Source: Eledone cirrhosa (Eukaryota). From it: DNA of 64,000 nucleotides. A program made the translations under genes and the position numbers. Of the stretch, positions 12,101 to 26,900 are shown piece after piece. Each line of letters begins with the position of its first letter. Within the stretch, counting starts at the first letter, position 1. The notes beneath the pieces were generated by a model. That model saw nothing but the letters and a program-made list of their open reading frames with translations. It had not been told where the DNA came from and did no database searches. The stretch covers positions 30,070,001-30,134,000 of the forward strand of contig OZ024747.1 in NCBI GenBank assembly GCA_964016885.1. Reading direction: 5' to 3'.

Positions 12101-15100
12101 ATTTTTAAAAAGTTTTTCAACGTGTCGAAACATAATGTATAAACGCATTTTTTCCAAATACTGTGTGAAATGATCTATTTTTGAAAAAGCTAAAAAAATC
12201 AATTTTAGAAATCGGAAGTAAATATTTCGAAAAGTATAAAAAAATTGATTATTTTAGGTTTTTCACAAATTGATCATTTTAAACAGTATTTCGAAAAATT
12301 ATTTTTTTTCCAAAAACATTGATTTTTTTCTTTCGGAATATATACTTTCTGATTTCGAAAATTGATATATATTTTGTATTTTTCAAACACAATGTATAAA
12401 CGCATTTTTTTGAAAAAAAACATTTTTTCCAAATACTGTGTAAAATGATCAATTTGTGAAAAACCTAAAAAAATCAATTTTAGAAATCAAAAGTAAATAT
12501 TTCGAAAAGTATAAAAAAATTGATTATTTTAGGTTTTTCACAAATTGATCATTTTACACAGTATTTCGAAAAATTGTTTTTTTATCAAAAAAGATTGATT
12601 TTTTTTCTTTCGAAATATATAATTTCTGATTTCGAAATTTGATATATATTTTGTATTTTTAAAAAGTTTTTCAATGTGTCGAAACATAATGTATAAACGC
12701 ATTTTATCCAAATACTGTGTAAAATGATCTATTTGTGAAAAAGCTAAAAAAATCAATTTTAGAAATCGGAAGTAAATATTTCGAAAAGTATAAAAAAATT
12801 GATTATTTTAGGTTTTTCACAAATTGATCATTTTAAACAGTATTTCGAAAAATTATTTTTTTTCCAAAAACATTGATTTTTTTCTTTCGGAATATATACT
12901 TTCTGATTTCGAAAATTGATATATATTTTGTATTTTTCAAACACAATGTATAAACGCATTTTTTTGAAAAAAAACATTTTTTCCAAATACTGTGTAAAAT
13001 GATCAATTTGTGAAAAAGCTAAATAAATCAATTTTAGAAATCGGAAGTAAATATTTCGAAAAGTATAAAAAAATTGATTATTTTAGGTTTTTCACAAATT
13101 GATCATTTTAAACAGTATTTCGAAAAATTATTTTTTTTCCAAAAACATTGATTTTTTTCTTTCGAAATATATATTTTCTGATTTCGAATATTGATATACA
13201 TTTTGTATTTTTCAAATATTTTTCAACGTATGTATAAACAATGTATAAACGCATTTTTTTGAAAAAAAACATTTTTTCCAAATACTGTGTAAATTGATCA
13301 ATTTGTGAAAAAACCTAAAAAAATCAATTTTAGAAATCAGAAGTAAATATTTCGAAAAGTTGATTATTTTAGGTTTTTCACAAATTGATCATTTTACACA
13401 GTATTTCGAAAAATTGTTTTTTTTCCAAAAACATTGATTTTTTTCTTTCGGAATGTATACTTTCTGATTTCGAAAATTGATATACATTTTGTATTTTTCA
13501 TATATTTTTCAACGTGTTGAAACAGTGTATAAACGCATTCTTTTGAAAAAAAAACATTTTTTCCAAATACTGTGAAAAAATCTAAAAAAATCAATTTTAG
13601 AAATTAGAAGTAAATATTTCGAAAAGTGTAAACAAATTGATTATTTTAGGTTTTTCACAAATTGATCATTTTACACAGTATTTCGAAAAATTGTTTTTTT
13701 TCAAAAAAATATCTACTTTCTGATTTCGAAAATTGTTATATATTTTGTATTTTTAAAAAGTTTTTCAACGTGTCGAAACATAATGTATAAACGCATTTTT
13801 TCCAAATACTGTGTAAAATGATCTATTTGTGAAAAAGCTAAAAAAATCAATTTTAGAAATCAGAAGTAAATATTTCGAAAAGTATAAAAAAATTGATTAT
13901 TTTAGGTTTTTCACAAATTGATCATTTTACACAGTATTTCGAAAAATTGTTTTTTTACAAAAAACATTGATTTTTTTCCTTTCGAAAATTGATATATATT
14001 TTGTATTTTTCAAACACAATGTATAAACGCATTTTTTTGAAAAAAAACATTTTTTCCAAATACTCTGTAAAATGATCAATTTGTGAAAAACCTAAAAAAA
14101 TCAATTTTAGAAGTCAGAAGTAAATATTTCGAAAAGTATAAAAAAAATTGATTATTTTAGGTTTTTCACAAATTGATAATTTTACACAATATTTCGAAAA
14201 TTTGTTTTTTTTCAAAAAAGATTGATTTTTTTTCTATCGAAATATATACTTTCTGATTTCGAAAATTGATATACATTTTGTATTTTTCAAATATTTTTCA
14301 ACGTGTTGAAACACAGTGTATAAACACATTCTTTTGAAAAAAAAACATTTTTTCCAAATACTGTGAAAAAACCTAAAAAAATCTATTTTAGAAATTAGAA
14401 GTAAATATTTCGAAAAGTGTAAACAAATTGATTATTTTAGGTTTTTCACAAATTGATCATTTTACACAGTATTTCGAAAAATTGTTTTTTTTCAAAAAAG
14501 ATTGATTTTTTTCTTTTGAAATATCTACTTTCTGATTTCGAAAATTGTTATATATTTTGTATTTTTAAAAAATTTTTCAACGTGTATGTATAAATGTATA
14601 AACGCATTTTTTCCAAATACTGTGTAAAATGATCAATTTGTGAAAAACCTAAAAAAATCAATTTTAGAAATCAGAAGTAAATATTTCGAAAAGTATAAAA
14701 AAATTGATTATTTTAGGTTTTTCACAAATTGATCATTTTACACAGTATTTCGAAAAATTGTTTTTTTACAAAAAACATTGATTTTTTTTCTTTCGAAATA
14801 TAGACTTTCTGATTTCGAAAATTGATATATATTTTGTATTTTTCAAACACAATGTATAAACGCATTTTTTTGAAAAAAAACATTTTTTCCAAATACTCTG
14901 TAAAATGATCAATTTGTGAAAAACCTAAAAAAATCAATTTTAGAAGTCATAAGTAAATATTTCGAAAAGTATAAAAAAATTGATTATTTTAGGTTTTTCA
15001 CAAATTGATCATTTTAAACAGTATTTCGAAAAATTATTTTTTTTCTCAAAACATTGATTTTTTTCTTTCGGAATATATACTTTCTGATTTCGAAAATTGA

Positions 15101-17134
15101 TATATATTTTGTATTTTTCAAACACAATGTATAAACGCATTTTTTTAAAAAAAAACATTTTTTCCAAATACTGTGTAAATTGATCAATTCGTGAAAAAAC
15201 CTAAAAAAATCAATTTTAGAAATCAGAAGTAAATATTTCGAAAAGTGTAAACAAATTGATTATTTTAGGTTTTTCACAAATTGATCATTTTACACAGTAT
15301 TTCGAAAAATTGTTTTTTTACAAAAAACATTGATTTTTTTTCTTTCGAAATATATACTTTCTGATTTCGAAAATTGATATATATTTTGTATTTTTCAAAC
15401 ACAATGTATAAACGCATTTTTTTAAAAAAAAACATTTTTTCCAAATACTGTGTAAATTGATCAATTCGTGAAAAAACCTAAAAAAATCAATTTTAGAAAT
15501 CAGAAGTAAATATTTCGAAAAGTGTAAACAAATTGATTTTTTTAGGTTTTTCACAAATTGATCATTTTACACAGTATTTCGAAAAATTGTTTTTTTTCAG
15601 AAAAGATTGATTTTTTTTCTTTTGAAATATCTACTTTCTGATTTCGAAAATTGTTATATAATTTCTATTTTTAAAAAATTTTTCAGCGTGTATGTATAAA
15701 TGTATAAACGCATTTTTTCAAAATACTGTGTAAAATGATCAATTTGTGAAAAACCTAAAAAAATCAATTTTAGAAGTCAGAAGTAAATATTTCGAAAAGT
15801 ATAAAAAAAATTGATTATTTTAGGTTCTTCACAAATTGATAATGTTACACAATATTTCGAAAATTTGTTTTTTTTCAAAAAAGATTGATTTTTTTTCTAT
15901 CGAAATATATACTTTCTGATTTCGAAAATTGTATATACATTTTGTATTTTTCAAATATTTTTCAACGTGTTGAAACAGTGTATAAACGCATTCTTTTGAA
16001 AAAAAAACATTTTTTCCAAATACTGTGAAAAAACCTAAAAAAATCAATTTTAGAAATTAGAAGTAAATATTTCGAAAAGTGTAAACAAATTGATTATTTT
16101 AGGTTTTTCACAAATTGATCATTTTACACAGTATTTCGAAAAATTGTTTTTTTTCAAAAAAGATTGATTTTTTTCTTTTGAAATATCTACTTTCTGATTT
16201 CGAAAATTGTTATATATTTTGTATTTTTAAAAAATTTTTCAACGTGTATGTATAAATGTATAAACGCATTTTTTCCAAATACTGTGTAAAATGATCAATT
16301 TGTGAAAAACCTAAAAAAATCAATTTTAGAAATCAGAAGTAAATATTTCGAAAAGTATAAAAAAATTGATTATTTTAGGTTTTTCACAAATTGATCATTT
16401 TACACAGTATTTCGAAAAATTGTTTTTTTACAAAAAACATTGATTTTTTTTCTTTCGAAATATAGACTTTCTGATTTCGAAAATTGATATATATTTTGTA
16501 TTTTTCAAACACAATGTATAAACGCATTTTTTTGAAAAAAAACATTTTTTCCAAATACTCTGTAAAATGATCAATTTGTGAAAAACCTAAAAAAATCAAT
16601 TTTAGAAGTCAGAAGTAAATATTTCGAAAAGTATAAAAAAATTGATTATTTTAGGTTTTTGATAATTTTACACAATATTTCGAAAATTTTTGTTGATTTT
16701 TGTTCTTTTGAAATATCTACTTTCTGATTTCGAAAATTGTTATATATTTTGTATTTTTAAAAAATTTTTCAGCGTGTATGTATAAATGTATAAACGCATT
16801 TTTTCCAAATACTGTGTAAAATGATCAATTTGTGAAAAACCTAAAAAAATCAATTTTAGAAATCAGAGGTAAATATTTCGAAAAGTATAAAAAAATTGAT
16901 TATTTTAGGTTTTTCACAAATTGATCATTTTACACAGTATTTCGAAAAATTGTTTTTTTACAAAAAACATTGATTTTTTTTCTTTCGAAATATATATTTT
17001 CTGATTTCGAAAATTGATATATATTTTGTATTTTTCAAACACAATGTATAAACGCATTTTTTTGAAAAAAAACATTTTTTCCAAATACTCTGTAAAATGA
17101 TCAATTTGTGAAAAACCTAAAAAAATCAATTTTA
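3055..17134. repeat. Higher-order duplication: ~3055-9470 repeated at ~10700-17134 (offset 7645, shifting to 7663/7664)
   Basis: Diagnostic variant ORFs pair up: 3803/11448, 4629/12274, 4893/12538, 5183/12828, 5749/13394 (7645); 7059/14722, 7655/15318 (7663); 8165/15829, 8720/16384, 9250/16914 (7664). The 18-bp shift comes from a spacer deletion near 6224 ('gtaaaaaaattg') found only in the first copy. Confidence 0.9.
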
Positions 17135-20100
17135 GGTCAGAAGTAAATATTTCGAAAAGTATAAAAAAATTGATTATTTTAGGTTTTTCACAAATTGATA
17201 ATTTTACACAATATTTCGAAAATTTGTTTTTTTTCAAAAAAGATTGATTTTTTTTCTATCGAAATATATACTTTCTGATTTCGAAAATTGATATACATTT
17301 TGTATTTTTCAAATATTTTTCAACGTGTTGAAACAGTGTAATAAACGCATTCTTTTGAAAAAAAAACATTTTTTCCAAATACTGTGAAAAAACCTAAAAA
17401 AATCAATTTTAGAAATTAGAAGTAAATATTTCGAAAAGTGTAAACAAATTGATTATTTTAGGTTTTTCACAAATTGATCATTTTACACAGTATTTCGAAA
17501 AATTGTTTTTTTTCAAAAAAGATTGATTTTTTTCTTTTGAAATATCTACTTTCTGATTTCGAAAATTGTTATATATTTTGTATTTTAAAAAAATTTTTCA
17601 ACGTGTATGTATAAATGTATAAACGCATTTTTTCCAAATACTGTGTAAAATGATCAATTTGTGAAAAACCTAAAAAAATCAATTTTAGAAATCAGAAGTA
17701 AATATTTCGAAAAGTATAAAAAAATTGATTATTTTAGGTTTTTCACAAATTGATCATTTTACACAGTATTTCGAAAAATTGTTTTTTTACAAAAAACATT
17801 GATTTTTTTTCTTTCGAAATATAGACTTTCTGATTTCGAAAATTGATATATATTTTGTATTTTTCAAACACAATGTATAAACGCATTTTTTTGAAAAAAA
17901 ACATTTTTTCCAAATACTCTGTAAAATGATCAATTTGTGAAAAACCTAAAAAAATCAATTTTAGAAGTCAGAAGTAAATATTTCGAAAAGTATAAAAAAA
18001 TTGATTATTTTAGGTTTTTGATAATTTTACACAATATTTCGAAAATTTGTTTTTTTTCAAAAAAGATTGATTTTTTTTCTTTTGAAATATCTACTTTCTG
18101 ATTTCGAAAATTGTTATATATTTTGTATTTTTAAAAAGTTTTTCAATGTGTCGAAACATAATGTATAAACGCATTTTTTCCAAATACTGTGTAAAATGAT
18201 CTATTTGTGAAAAAGCTAAAAAAATCAATTTTACAAATCGGAAGTAAATATTTCGAAAAGTATAAAAAAATTGATTATTTTAGGTTTTTCACAAATTGAT
18301 CATTTTAAACAGTATTTCGAAAAATTATTTTTTTTCCCAAAACATTGATTTTTTTCTTTCGGAATATATACTTTCTGATTTCGAAAATTGATATATATTT
18401 TGTATTTTTCAAACACAATGTATAAACGCATTTTTTTGAAAAAAAACATTTTTTCCAAATACTGTGTAAAATGATCAATTTGTGAAAAACCTAAAAAAAT
18501 CAATTTTAGAAATCAGAAGTAAATATTTCGAAAAGTGTAAACAAATTGATTATTTTAGGTTTTTCACAAATTGATCATTTTACACAGTATTTCGAAAAAT
18601 TGTTTTTTTTCAAAAAAGATTGGTTCTTTTTTCTTTCGAAATATCTACTTTCTGATTTCGAAAATTGTTATATATTTTGTATTTTTAAAAAATTTTTCAA
18701 CGTGTATGTATAAATGTATAAACGCATTTTTTCCAAATACTGTGTAAAATGATCAATTTGTGAAAAACCTAAAAAAATCAATTTTAGAAATCAGAAGTAA
18801 ATATTTCGAAAAGTATAAAAAAATTGATTATTTTAGGTTTTTCACAAATTGATCATTTTACACAGTATTTCGAAAAATTGTTTTTTTACAAAAAACATTG
18901 ATTTTTTTTCTTTCGAAATATAGACTTTCTGATTTCGAAAATTGATATATATTTTGTATTTTTCAAACACAATGTATAAACGCATTTTTTTGAAAAAAAA
19001 CATTTTTTCCAAATACTCTGTAAAATGATCAATTTGTGAAAAACCTAAAAAAATCAATTTTAGAAGTCAGAAGTAAATATTTCGAAAAGTATAAAAAAAT
19101 TGATTATTTTAGGTTTTTGATAATTTTACACAATATTTCGAAAATTTGTTTTTTTTCAAAAAAGATTGATTTTTTTTCTTTTGAAATATCTACTTTCTGA
19201 TTTCGAAAATTGTTATATATTTTGTATTTTTAAAAAATTTTTCAGCGTGTATGTATAAACGCATTTTTTCCAAATACTGTGTAAAATGATCAATTTGTGA
19301 AAAACCTAAAAAAATCAATTTTAGAAATCAGAAGTAAATATTTCGAAAAGTGTAAACAAATTGATTATTTTAGGTTTTTCACAAATTGATCATTTTACAC
19401 AGTATTTCGAAAAATTGTTTTTTTACAAAAAACATTGATTTTTTTTCTTTCGAAATATATACTTTCTGATTTCGAAAATTGATATATATTTTGTATTTTT
19501 CAAACACAATGTATAAACGCATTTTTAAAAAAAAAAACATTTTTTCCAAATACTGTGTAAATTGATCAATTCGTGAAAAAACCTAAAAAAATCAATTTTA
19601 GAAATCAGAAGTAAATATTTCGAAAAGTGTAAACAAATTGATTTTTTTAGGTTTTTCACAAATTGATCATTTTACACAGTATTTCGAAAAATTGTTTTTT
19701 TACAAAAAACATTGATTTTTTTTCTTTCGAAATATATACTTTCTGATTTCGAAAATTGATATATATTTTGTATTTTTCAAACACAATGTATAAACGCATT
19801 TTTTTGAAAAAAAACATTTTTTCCAAATACTGTGTAAAATGATCAATTTGTGAAAAACCTAAAAAAATCAATTCTAGAAATCAAAAGTAAATATTTCGAA
19901 AAGTATAAAAAAATTGATTATTTTAGGTTTTTCACAAATTGATCATTTTACACAGTATTTCGAAAAATTGTTTTTTTACAAAAAACATTGATTTTTTTTC
20001 TATCGAAATATATACTTTCTGATTTCGAAAATTGATATACATTTTGTATTTTTCAAATATTTTTCAACGTGTTGAAACAGTGTATAAACGCATTCTTTTG

Positions 20101-23100
20101 AAAAAAAAACATTTTTTCCAAATACTGTGAAAAAACCTAAAAAAATCAATTTTAGAAATTAGAAGTAAATATTTCGAAAAGTGTAAACAAATTGATTATT
20201 TTAGGTTTTTCACAAATAGATCATTTTACACAGTATTTCGAAAAATTGTTTTTTTTCAAAAAAGATTGATTTTTTTCTTTTGAAATATCTACTTTCTGAT
20301 TTCGAAAATTGTTATATATTTTGTATTTTTAAAAAATTTTTCAACGTGTATGTATAAATGTATAAACGCATTTTTTCCAAATACTGTGTAAAATGATCAA
20401 TTTGTGAAAAACCTAAAAAAATCAATTTTAGAAATCAGAAGTAAATATTTCGAAAAGTATAAAAAAATTGATTATTTTAGGTTTTTCACAAATTGATCAT
20501 TTTACACAGTATTTCGAAAAATTGTTTTTTTACAAAAAACATTGATTTTTTTTCTTTCGAAATATAGACTTTCTGATTTCGAAAATTGATATATATTTTG
20601 TATTTTTCAAACACAATGTATAAACGCATTTTTTTGAAAAAAAACATTTTTTCCAAATACTCTGTAAAATGATCAATTTGTGAAAAACCTAAAAAAATCA
20701 ATTTTAGAAGTCAGAAGTAAATATTTCGAAAAGTATAAAAAAATTGATTATTTTAGGTTTTTCACAAATTGATAATTTTACACAATATTTCGAAAATTTG
20801 TTTTTTTTCAAAAAAGATTGATTTTTTTTCTATCGAAATATATACTTTCTGATTTCGAAAATTGATATACATTTTGTATTTTTCAAATATTTTTCAACGT
20901 GTTGAAACAAAGTGTATAAACGCATTTTTTTGAAAAAAAGACATTTTTTCCAAAAAAATCAATTTTAGAAATTAGAAGTAAATATTTCAAAAAGTGTAAA
21001 CAAATTGATTATTTTAGGTTTTTCACAAATTGATCATTTTACACAGTATTTGGAAAAATTGTTTTTTTTCAAAAAAGATTGATTTTTTTTCTTTTGAAAT
21101 ATCTACTTTCTGATTTCGAAAATTGTTATATATTTTGTATTTTTAAAAAGTTTTTCAACGTGTCGAAACATAATGTATAAACGCATTTTTTCCAAATACT
21201 GTGTGAAATGATCTATTTTTGAAAAAGCTAAAAAAATCAATTTTAGAAATCGGAAGTAAATATTTCGAAAAGTATAAAAAAATTGATTATTTTAGGTTTT
21301 TCACAAATTGATCATTTTAAACAGTATTTCGAAAAATTATTTTTTTTCCAAAAACATTGATTTTTTTCTTTCGGAATATATACTTTCTGATTTCGAAAAT
21401 TGATATATATTTTGTATTTTTCAAACACAATGTATAAACGCATTTTTTTGAAAAAAAACATTTTTTCCAAATACTGTGTAAAATGATCAATTTGTGAAAA
21501 ACCTAAAAAAATCAATTTTAGAAATCAGAAGTAAATATTTCGAAAAGTATAAAAAAATTGATTATTTTAGGTTTTTCACAAATTGATCATTTTACACAGT
21601 ATTTCGAAAAATTGTTTTTTTATCAAAAAAGATTGATTTTTTTTCTTTCGAAATATATAATTTCTGATTTCGAAATTTGATATATATTTTGTATTTTTAA
21701 AAAGTTTTTCAATGTGTCGAAACATAATGTATAAACGCATTTTATCCAAATACTGTGTAAAATGATCTATTTGTGAAAAAGCTAAAAAAATCAATTTTAG
21801 AAATCGGAAGTAAATATTTCGAAAAGTATAAAAAAATTGATTATTTTAGGTTTTTCACAAATTGATCATTTTAAACAGTATTTCGAAAAATTATTTTTTT
21901 TCCAAAAACATTGATTTTTTTCTTTCGGAATATATACTTTCTGATTTCGAAAATTGATATATATTTTGTATTTTTCAAACACAATGTATAAACGCATTTT
22001 TTTGAAAAAAAACATTTTTTCCAAATACTGTGTAAAATGATCAATTTGTGAAAAAGCTAAATAAATCAATTTTAGAAATCGGAAGTAAATATTTCGAAAA
22101 GTATAAAAAAATTGATTATTTTAGGTTTTTCACAAATTGATCATTTTAAACAGTATTTCGAAAAATTATTTTTTTTCCAAAAACATTGATTTTTTTCTTT
22201 CGAAATATATATTTTCTGATTTCGAATATTGATATACATTTTGTATTTTTCAAATATTTTTCAACGTATGTATAAACAATGTATAAACGCATTTTTTTGA
22301 AAAAAAACATTTTTTCCAAATACTGTGTAAATTGATCAATTTGTGAAAAAACCTAAAAAAATCAATTTTAGAAATCAGAAGTAAATATTTCGAAAAGTTG
22401 ATTATTTTAGGTTTTTCACAAATTGATCATTTTACACAGTATTTCGAAAAATTGTTTTTTTTCCAAAAACATTGATTTTTTTCTTTCGGAATGTATACTT
22501 TCTGATTTCGAAAATTGATATACATTTTGTATTTTTCATATATTTTTCAACGTGTTGAAACAGTGTATAAACGCATTCTTTTGAAAAAAAAACATTTTTT
22601 CCAAATACTGTGAAAAAATCTAAAAAAATCAATTTTAGAAATTAGAAGTAAATATTTCGAAAAGTGTAAACAAATTGATTATTTTAGGTTTTTCACAAAT
22701 TGATCATTTTACACAGTATTTCGAAAAATTGTTTTTTTTCAAAAAAATATCTACTTTCTGATTTCGAAAATTGTTATATATTTTGTATTTTTAAAAAGTT
22801 TTTCAACGTGTCGAAACATAATGTATAAACGCATTTTTTCCAAATACTGTGTAAAATGATCTATTTGTGAAAAAGCTAAAAAAATCAATTTTAGAAATCA
22901 GAAGTAAATATTTCGAAAAGTATAAAAAAATTGATTATTTTAGGTTTTTCACAAATTGATCATTTTACACAGTATTTCGAAAAATTGTTTTTTTACAAAA
23001 AACATTGATTTTTTTCCTTTCGAAAATTGATATATATTTTGTATTTTTCAAACACAATGTATAAACGCATTTTTTTGAAAAAAAACATTTTTTCCAAATA

Positions 23101-23981
23101 CTCTGTAAAATGATCAATTTGTGAAAAACCTAAAAAAATCAATTTTAGAAGTCAGAAGTAAATATTTCGAAAAGTATAAAAAAAATTGATTATTTTAGGT
23201 TTTTCACAAATTGATAATTTTACACAATATTTCGAAAATTTGTTTTTTTTCAAAAAAGATTGATTTTTTTTCTATCGAAATATATACTTTCTGATTTCGA
23301 AAATTGATATACATTTTGTATTTTTCAAATATTTTTCAACGTGTTGAAACACAGTGTATAAACACATTCTTTTGAAAAAAAAACATTTTTTCCAAATACT
23401 GTGAAAAAACCTAAAAAAATCAATTTTAGAAATTAGAAGTAAATATTTCGAAAAGTGTAAACAAATTGATTATTTTAGGTTTTTCACAAATTGATCATTT
23501 TACACAGTATTTCGAAAAATTGTTTTTTTTCAAAAAAGATTGATTTTTTTCTTTTGAAATATCTACTTTCTGATTTCGAAAATTGTTATATATTTTGTAT
23601 TTTTAAAAAATTTTTCAACGTGTATGTATAAATGTATAAACGCATTTTTTCCAAATACTGTGTAAAATGATCAATTTGTGAAAAACCTAAAAAAATCAAT
23701 TTTAGAAATCAGAAGTAAATATTTCGAAAAGTATAAAAAAATTGATTATTTTAGGTTTTTCACAAATTGATCATTTTACACAGTATTTCGAAAAATTGTT
23801 TTTTTACAAAAAACATTGATTTTTTTTCTTTCGAAATATAGACTTTCTGATTTCGAAAATTGATATATATTTTGTATTTTTCAAACACAATGTATAAACG
23901 CATTTTTTTGAAAAAAAACATTTTTTCCAAATACTCTGTAAAATGATCAATTTGTGAAAAACCTAAAAAAATCAATTTTAG
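9430..23981. repeat. Higher-order duplication: ~9430-14943 repeated at ~18468-23981 (offset 9038)
   Basis: ORF pairs 9804/18842, 10618/19656, 11448/20486, 12274/21312, 12538/21576, 12828/21866, 13394/22432 and 14722/23760 all differ by 9038. The match ends at 'agaagtcat' versus 'agaaatcag'. Confidence 0.9.
10553..10722. repeat. Second ~35-bp inverted repeat per monomer (representative copy; arms 10553-10587 and 10687-10722)
   Basis: The reverse complement of atcaattttagaaatcagaagtaaatatttcgaaa is tttcgaaatatttacttctgatttctaaaattgat. It aligns to the internal tttcgaaatatatactttctgatttcgaaaattgat with 2 mismatches and a 1-bp indel. Confidence 0.9.
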
Positions 23982-26900
23982 AAATCAGAAGTAAATATTT
24001 CGAAAAGTGTAAACAAATTGATTTTTTTAGGTTTTTCACAAATTGATCATTTTACACAGTATTTCGAAAAATTGTTTTTTTTCAGAAAAGATTGATTTTT
24101 TTTCTTTTGAAATATCTACTTTCTGATTTCGAAAATTGTTATATATTTTGTATTTTTAAAAAATTTTTCAACGTGTTGAAACAGTGTATAAACGCATTCT
24201 TTTGAAAAAAAAACATTTTTTCCAAATACTGTGAAAAAACCTAAAAAAATCAATTTTAGAAATTAGAAGTAAATATTTCGAAAAGTGTAAACAAATTGAT
24301 TATTTTAGGTTTTTCACAAATTGATCATTTTACACAGTATTTCGAAAAATTGTTTTTTTTCAAAAAAGATTGATTTTTTTCTTTTGAAATATCTACTTTC
24401 TGATTTCGAAAATTGTTATATATTTTGTATTTTTAAAAAATTTTTCAACGTGTATGTATAAATGTATAAACGCATTTTTTCCAAATACTGTGTAAAATGA
24501 TCAATTTGTGAAAAACCTAAAAAAATCAATTTTAGAAATCAGAAGTAAATATTTCGAAAAGTATAAAAAAATTGATTATTTTAGGTTTTTCACAAATTGA
24601 TCATTTTACACAGTATTTCGAAAAATTGTTTTTTTACAAAAAACATTGATTTTTTTTCTTTCGAAATATAGACTTTCTGATTTCGAAAATTGATATATAT
24701 TTTGTATTTTTCAAACACAATGTATAAACGCATTTTTTTGAAAAAAAACATTTTTTCCAAATACTCTGTAAAATGATCAATTTGTGAAAAACCTAAAAAA
24801 ATCAATTTTAGAAGTCAGAAGTAAATATTTCGAAAAGTATAAAAAAATTGATTATTTTAGGTTTTTCACAAATTGATAATTTTACACAATATTTCGAAAA
24901 TTTGTTTTTTTTCAAAAAAGATTGATTTTTTTTCTATCGAAATATATACTTTCTGATTTCGAAAATTGATATACATTTTGTATTTTTCAAATATTTTTCA
25001 ACGTGTTGAAACAAAGTGTATAAACGCATTTTTTTGAAAAAAAGACATTTTTTCCAAAAAAATCAATTTTAGAAATTAGAAGTAAATATTTCAAAAAGTG
25101 TAAACAAATTGATTATTTTAGGTTTTTCACAAATTGATCATTTTACACAGTATTTGGAAAAATTGTTTTTTTTCAAAAAAGATTGATTTTTTTTCTTTTG
25201 AAATATCTACTTTCTGATTTCGAAAATTGTTATATATTTTGTATTTTTAAAAAGTTTTTCAACGTGTCGAAACATAATGTATAAACGCATTTTTTCCAAA
25301 TACTGTGTGAAATGATCTATTTTTGAAAAAGCTAAAAAAATCAATTTTAGAAATCGGAAGTAAATATTTCGAAAAGTATAAAAAAATTGATTATTTTAGG
25401 TTTTTCACAAATTGATCATTTTAAACAGTATTTCGAAAAATTATTTTTTTTCCAAAAACATTGATTTTTTTCTTTCGGAATATATACTTTCTGATTTCGA
25501 AAATTGATATATATTTTGTATTTTTCAAACACAATGTATAAACGCATTTTTTTGAAAAAAAACATTTTTTCCAAATACTGTGTAAAATGATCAATTTGTG
25601 AAAAACCTAAAAAAATCAATTTTAGAAATCAGAAGTAAATATTTCGAAAAGTATAAAAAAATTGATTATTTTAGGTTTTTCACAAATTGATCATTTTACA
25701 CAGTATTTCGAAAAATTGTTTTTTTATCAAAAAAGATTGATTTTTTTTCTTTCGAAATATATAATTTCTGATTTCGAAATTTGATATATATTTTGTATTT
25801 TTAAAAAGTTTTTCAATGTGTCGAAACATAATGTATAAACGCATTTTATCCAAATACTGTGTAAAATGATCTATTTGTGAAAAAGCTAAAAAAATCAATT
25901 TTAGAAATCGGAAGTAAATATTTCGAAAAGTATAAAAAAATTGATTATTTTAGGTTTTTCACAAATTGATCATTTTAAACAGTATTTCGAAAAATTATTT
26001 TTTTTCCAAAAACATTGATTTTTTTCTTTCGGAATATATACTTTCTGATTTCGAAAATTGATATATATTTTGTATTTTTCAAACACAATGTATAAACGCA
26101 TTTTTTTGAAAAAAAACATTTTTTCCAAATACTGTGTAAAATGATCAATTTGTGAAAAAGCTAAATAAATCAATTTTAGAAATCGGAAGTAAATATTTCG
26201 AAAAGTATAAAAAAATTGATTATTTTAGGTTTTTCACAAATTGATCATTTTAAACAGTATTTCGAAAAATTATTTTTTTTCCAAAAACATTGATTTTTTT
26301 CTTTCGAAATATATATTTTCTGATTTCGAATATTGATATACATTTTGTATTTTTCAAATATTTTTCAACGTATGTATAAATAATGTATAAACGCATTTTT
26401 TTGAAAAAAAACATTTTTTCCAAATACTGTGTAAATTGATCAATTTGTGAAAAAACCTAAAAAAATCAATTTTAGAAATCAGAAGTAAATATTTCGAAAA
26501 GTTGATTATTTTAGGTTTTTCACAAATTGATCATTTTACACAGTATTTCGAAAAATTGTTTTTTTTCCAAAAACATTGATTTTTTTCTTTCGGAATGTAT
26601 ACTTTCTGATTTCGAAAATTGATATACATTTTGTATTTTTCATATATTTTTCAACGTGTTGAAACAGTGTATAAACGCATTCTTTTGAAAAAAAAACATT
26701 TTTTCCAAATACTGTGAAAAAATCTAAAAAAATCAATTTTAGAAATTAGAAGTAAATATTTCGAAAAGTGTAAACAAATTGATTATTTTAGGTTTTTCAC
26801 AAATTGATCATTTTACACAGTATTTCGAAAAATTGTTTTTTTTCAAAAAAATATCTACTTTCTGATTTCGAAAATTGTTATATATTTTGTATTTTTAAAA

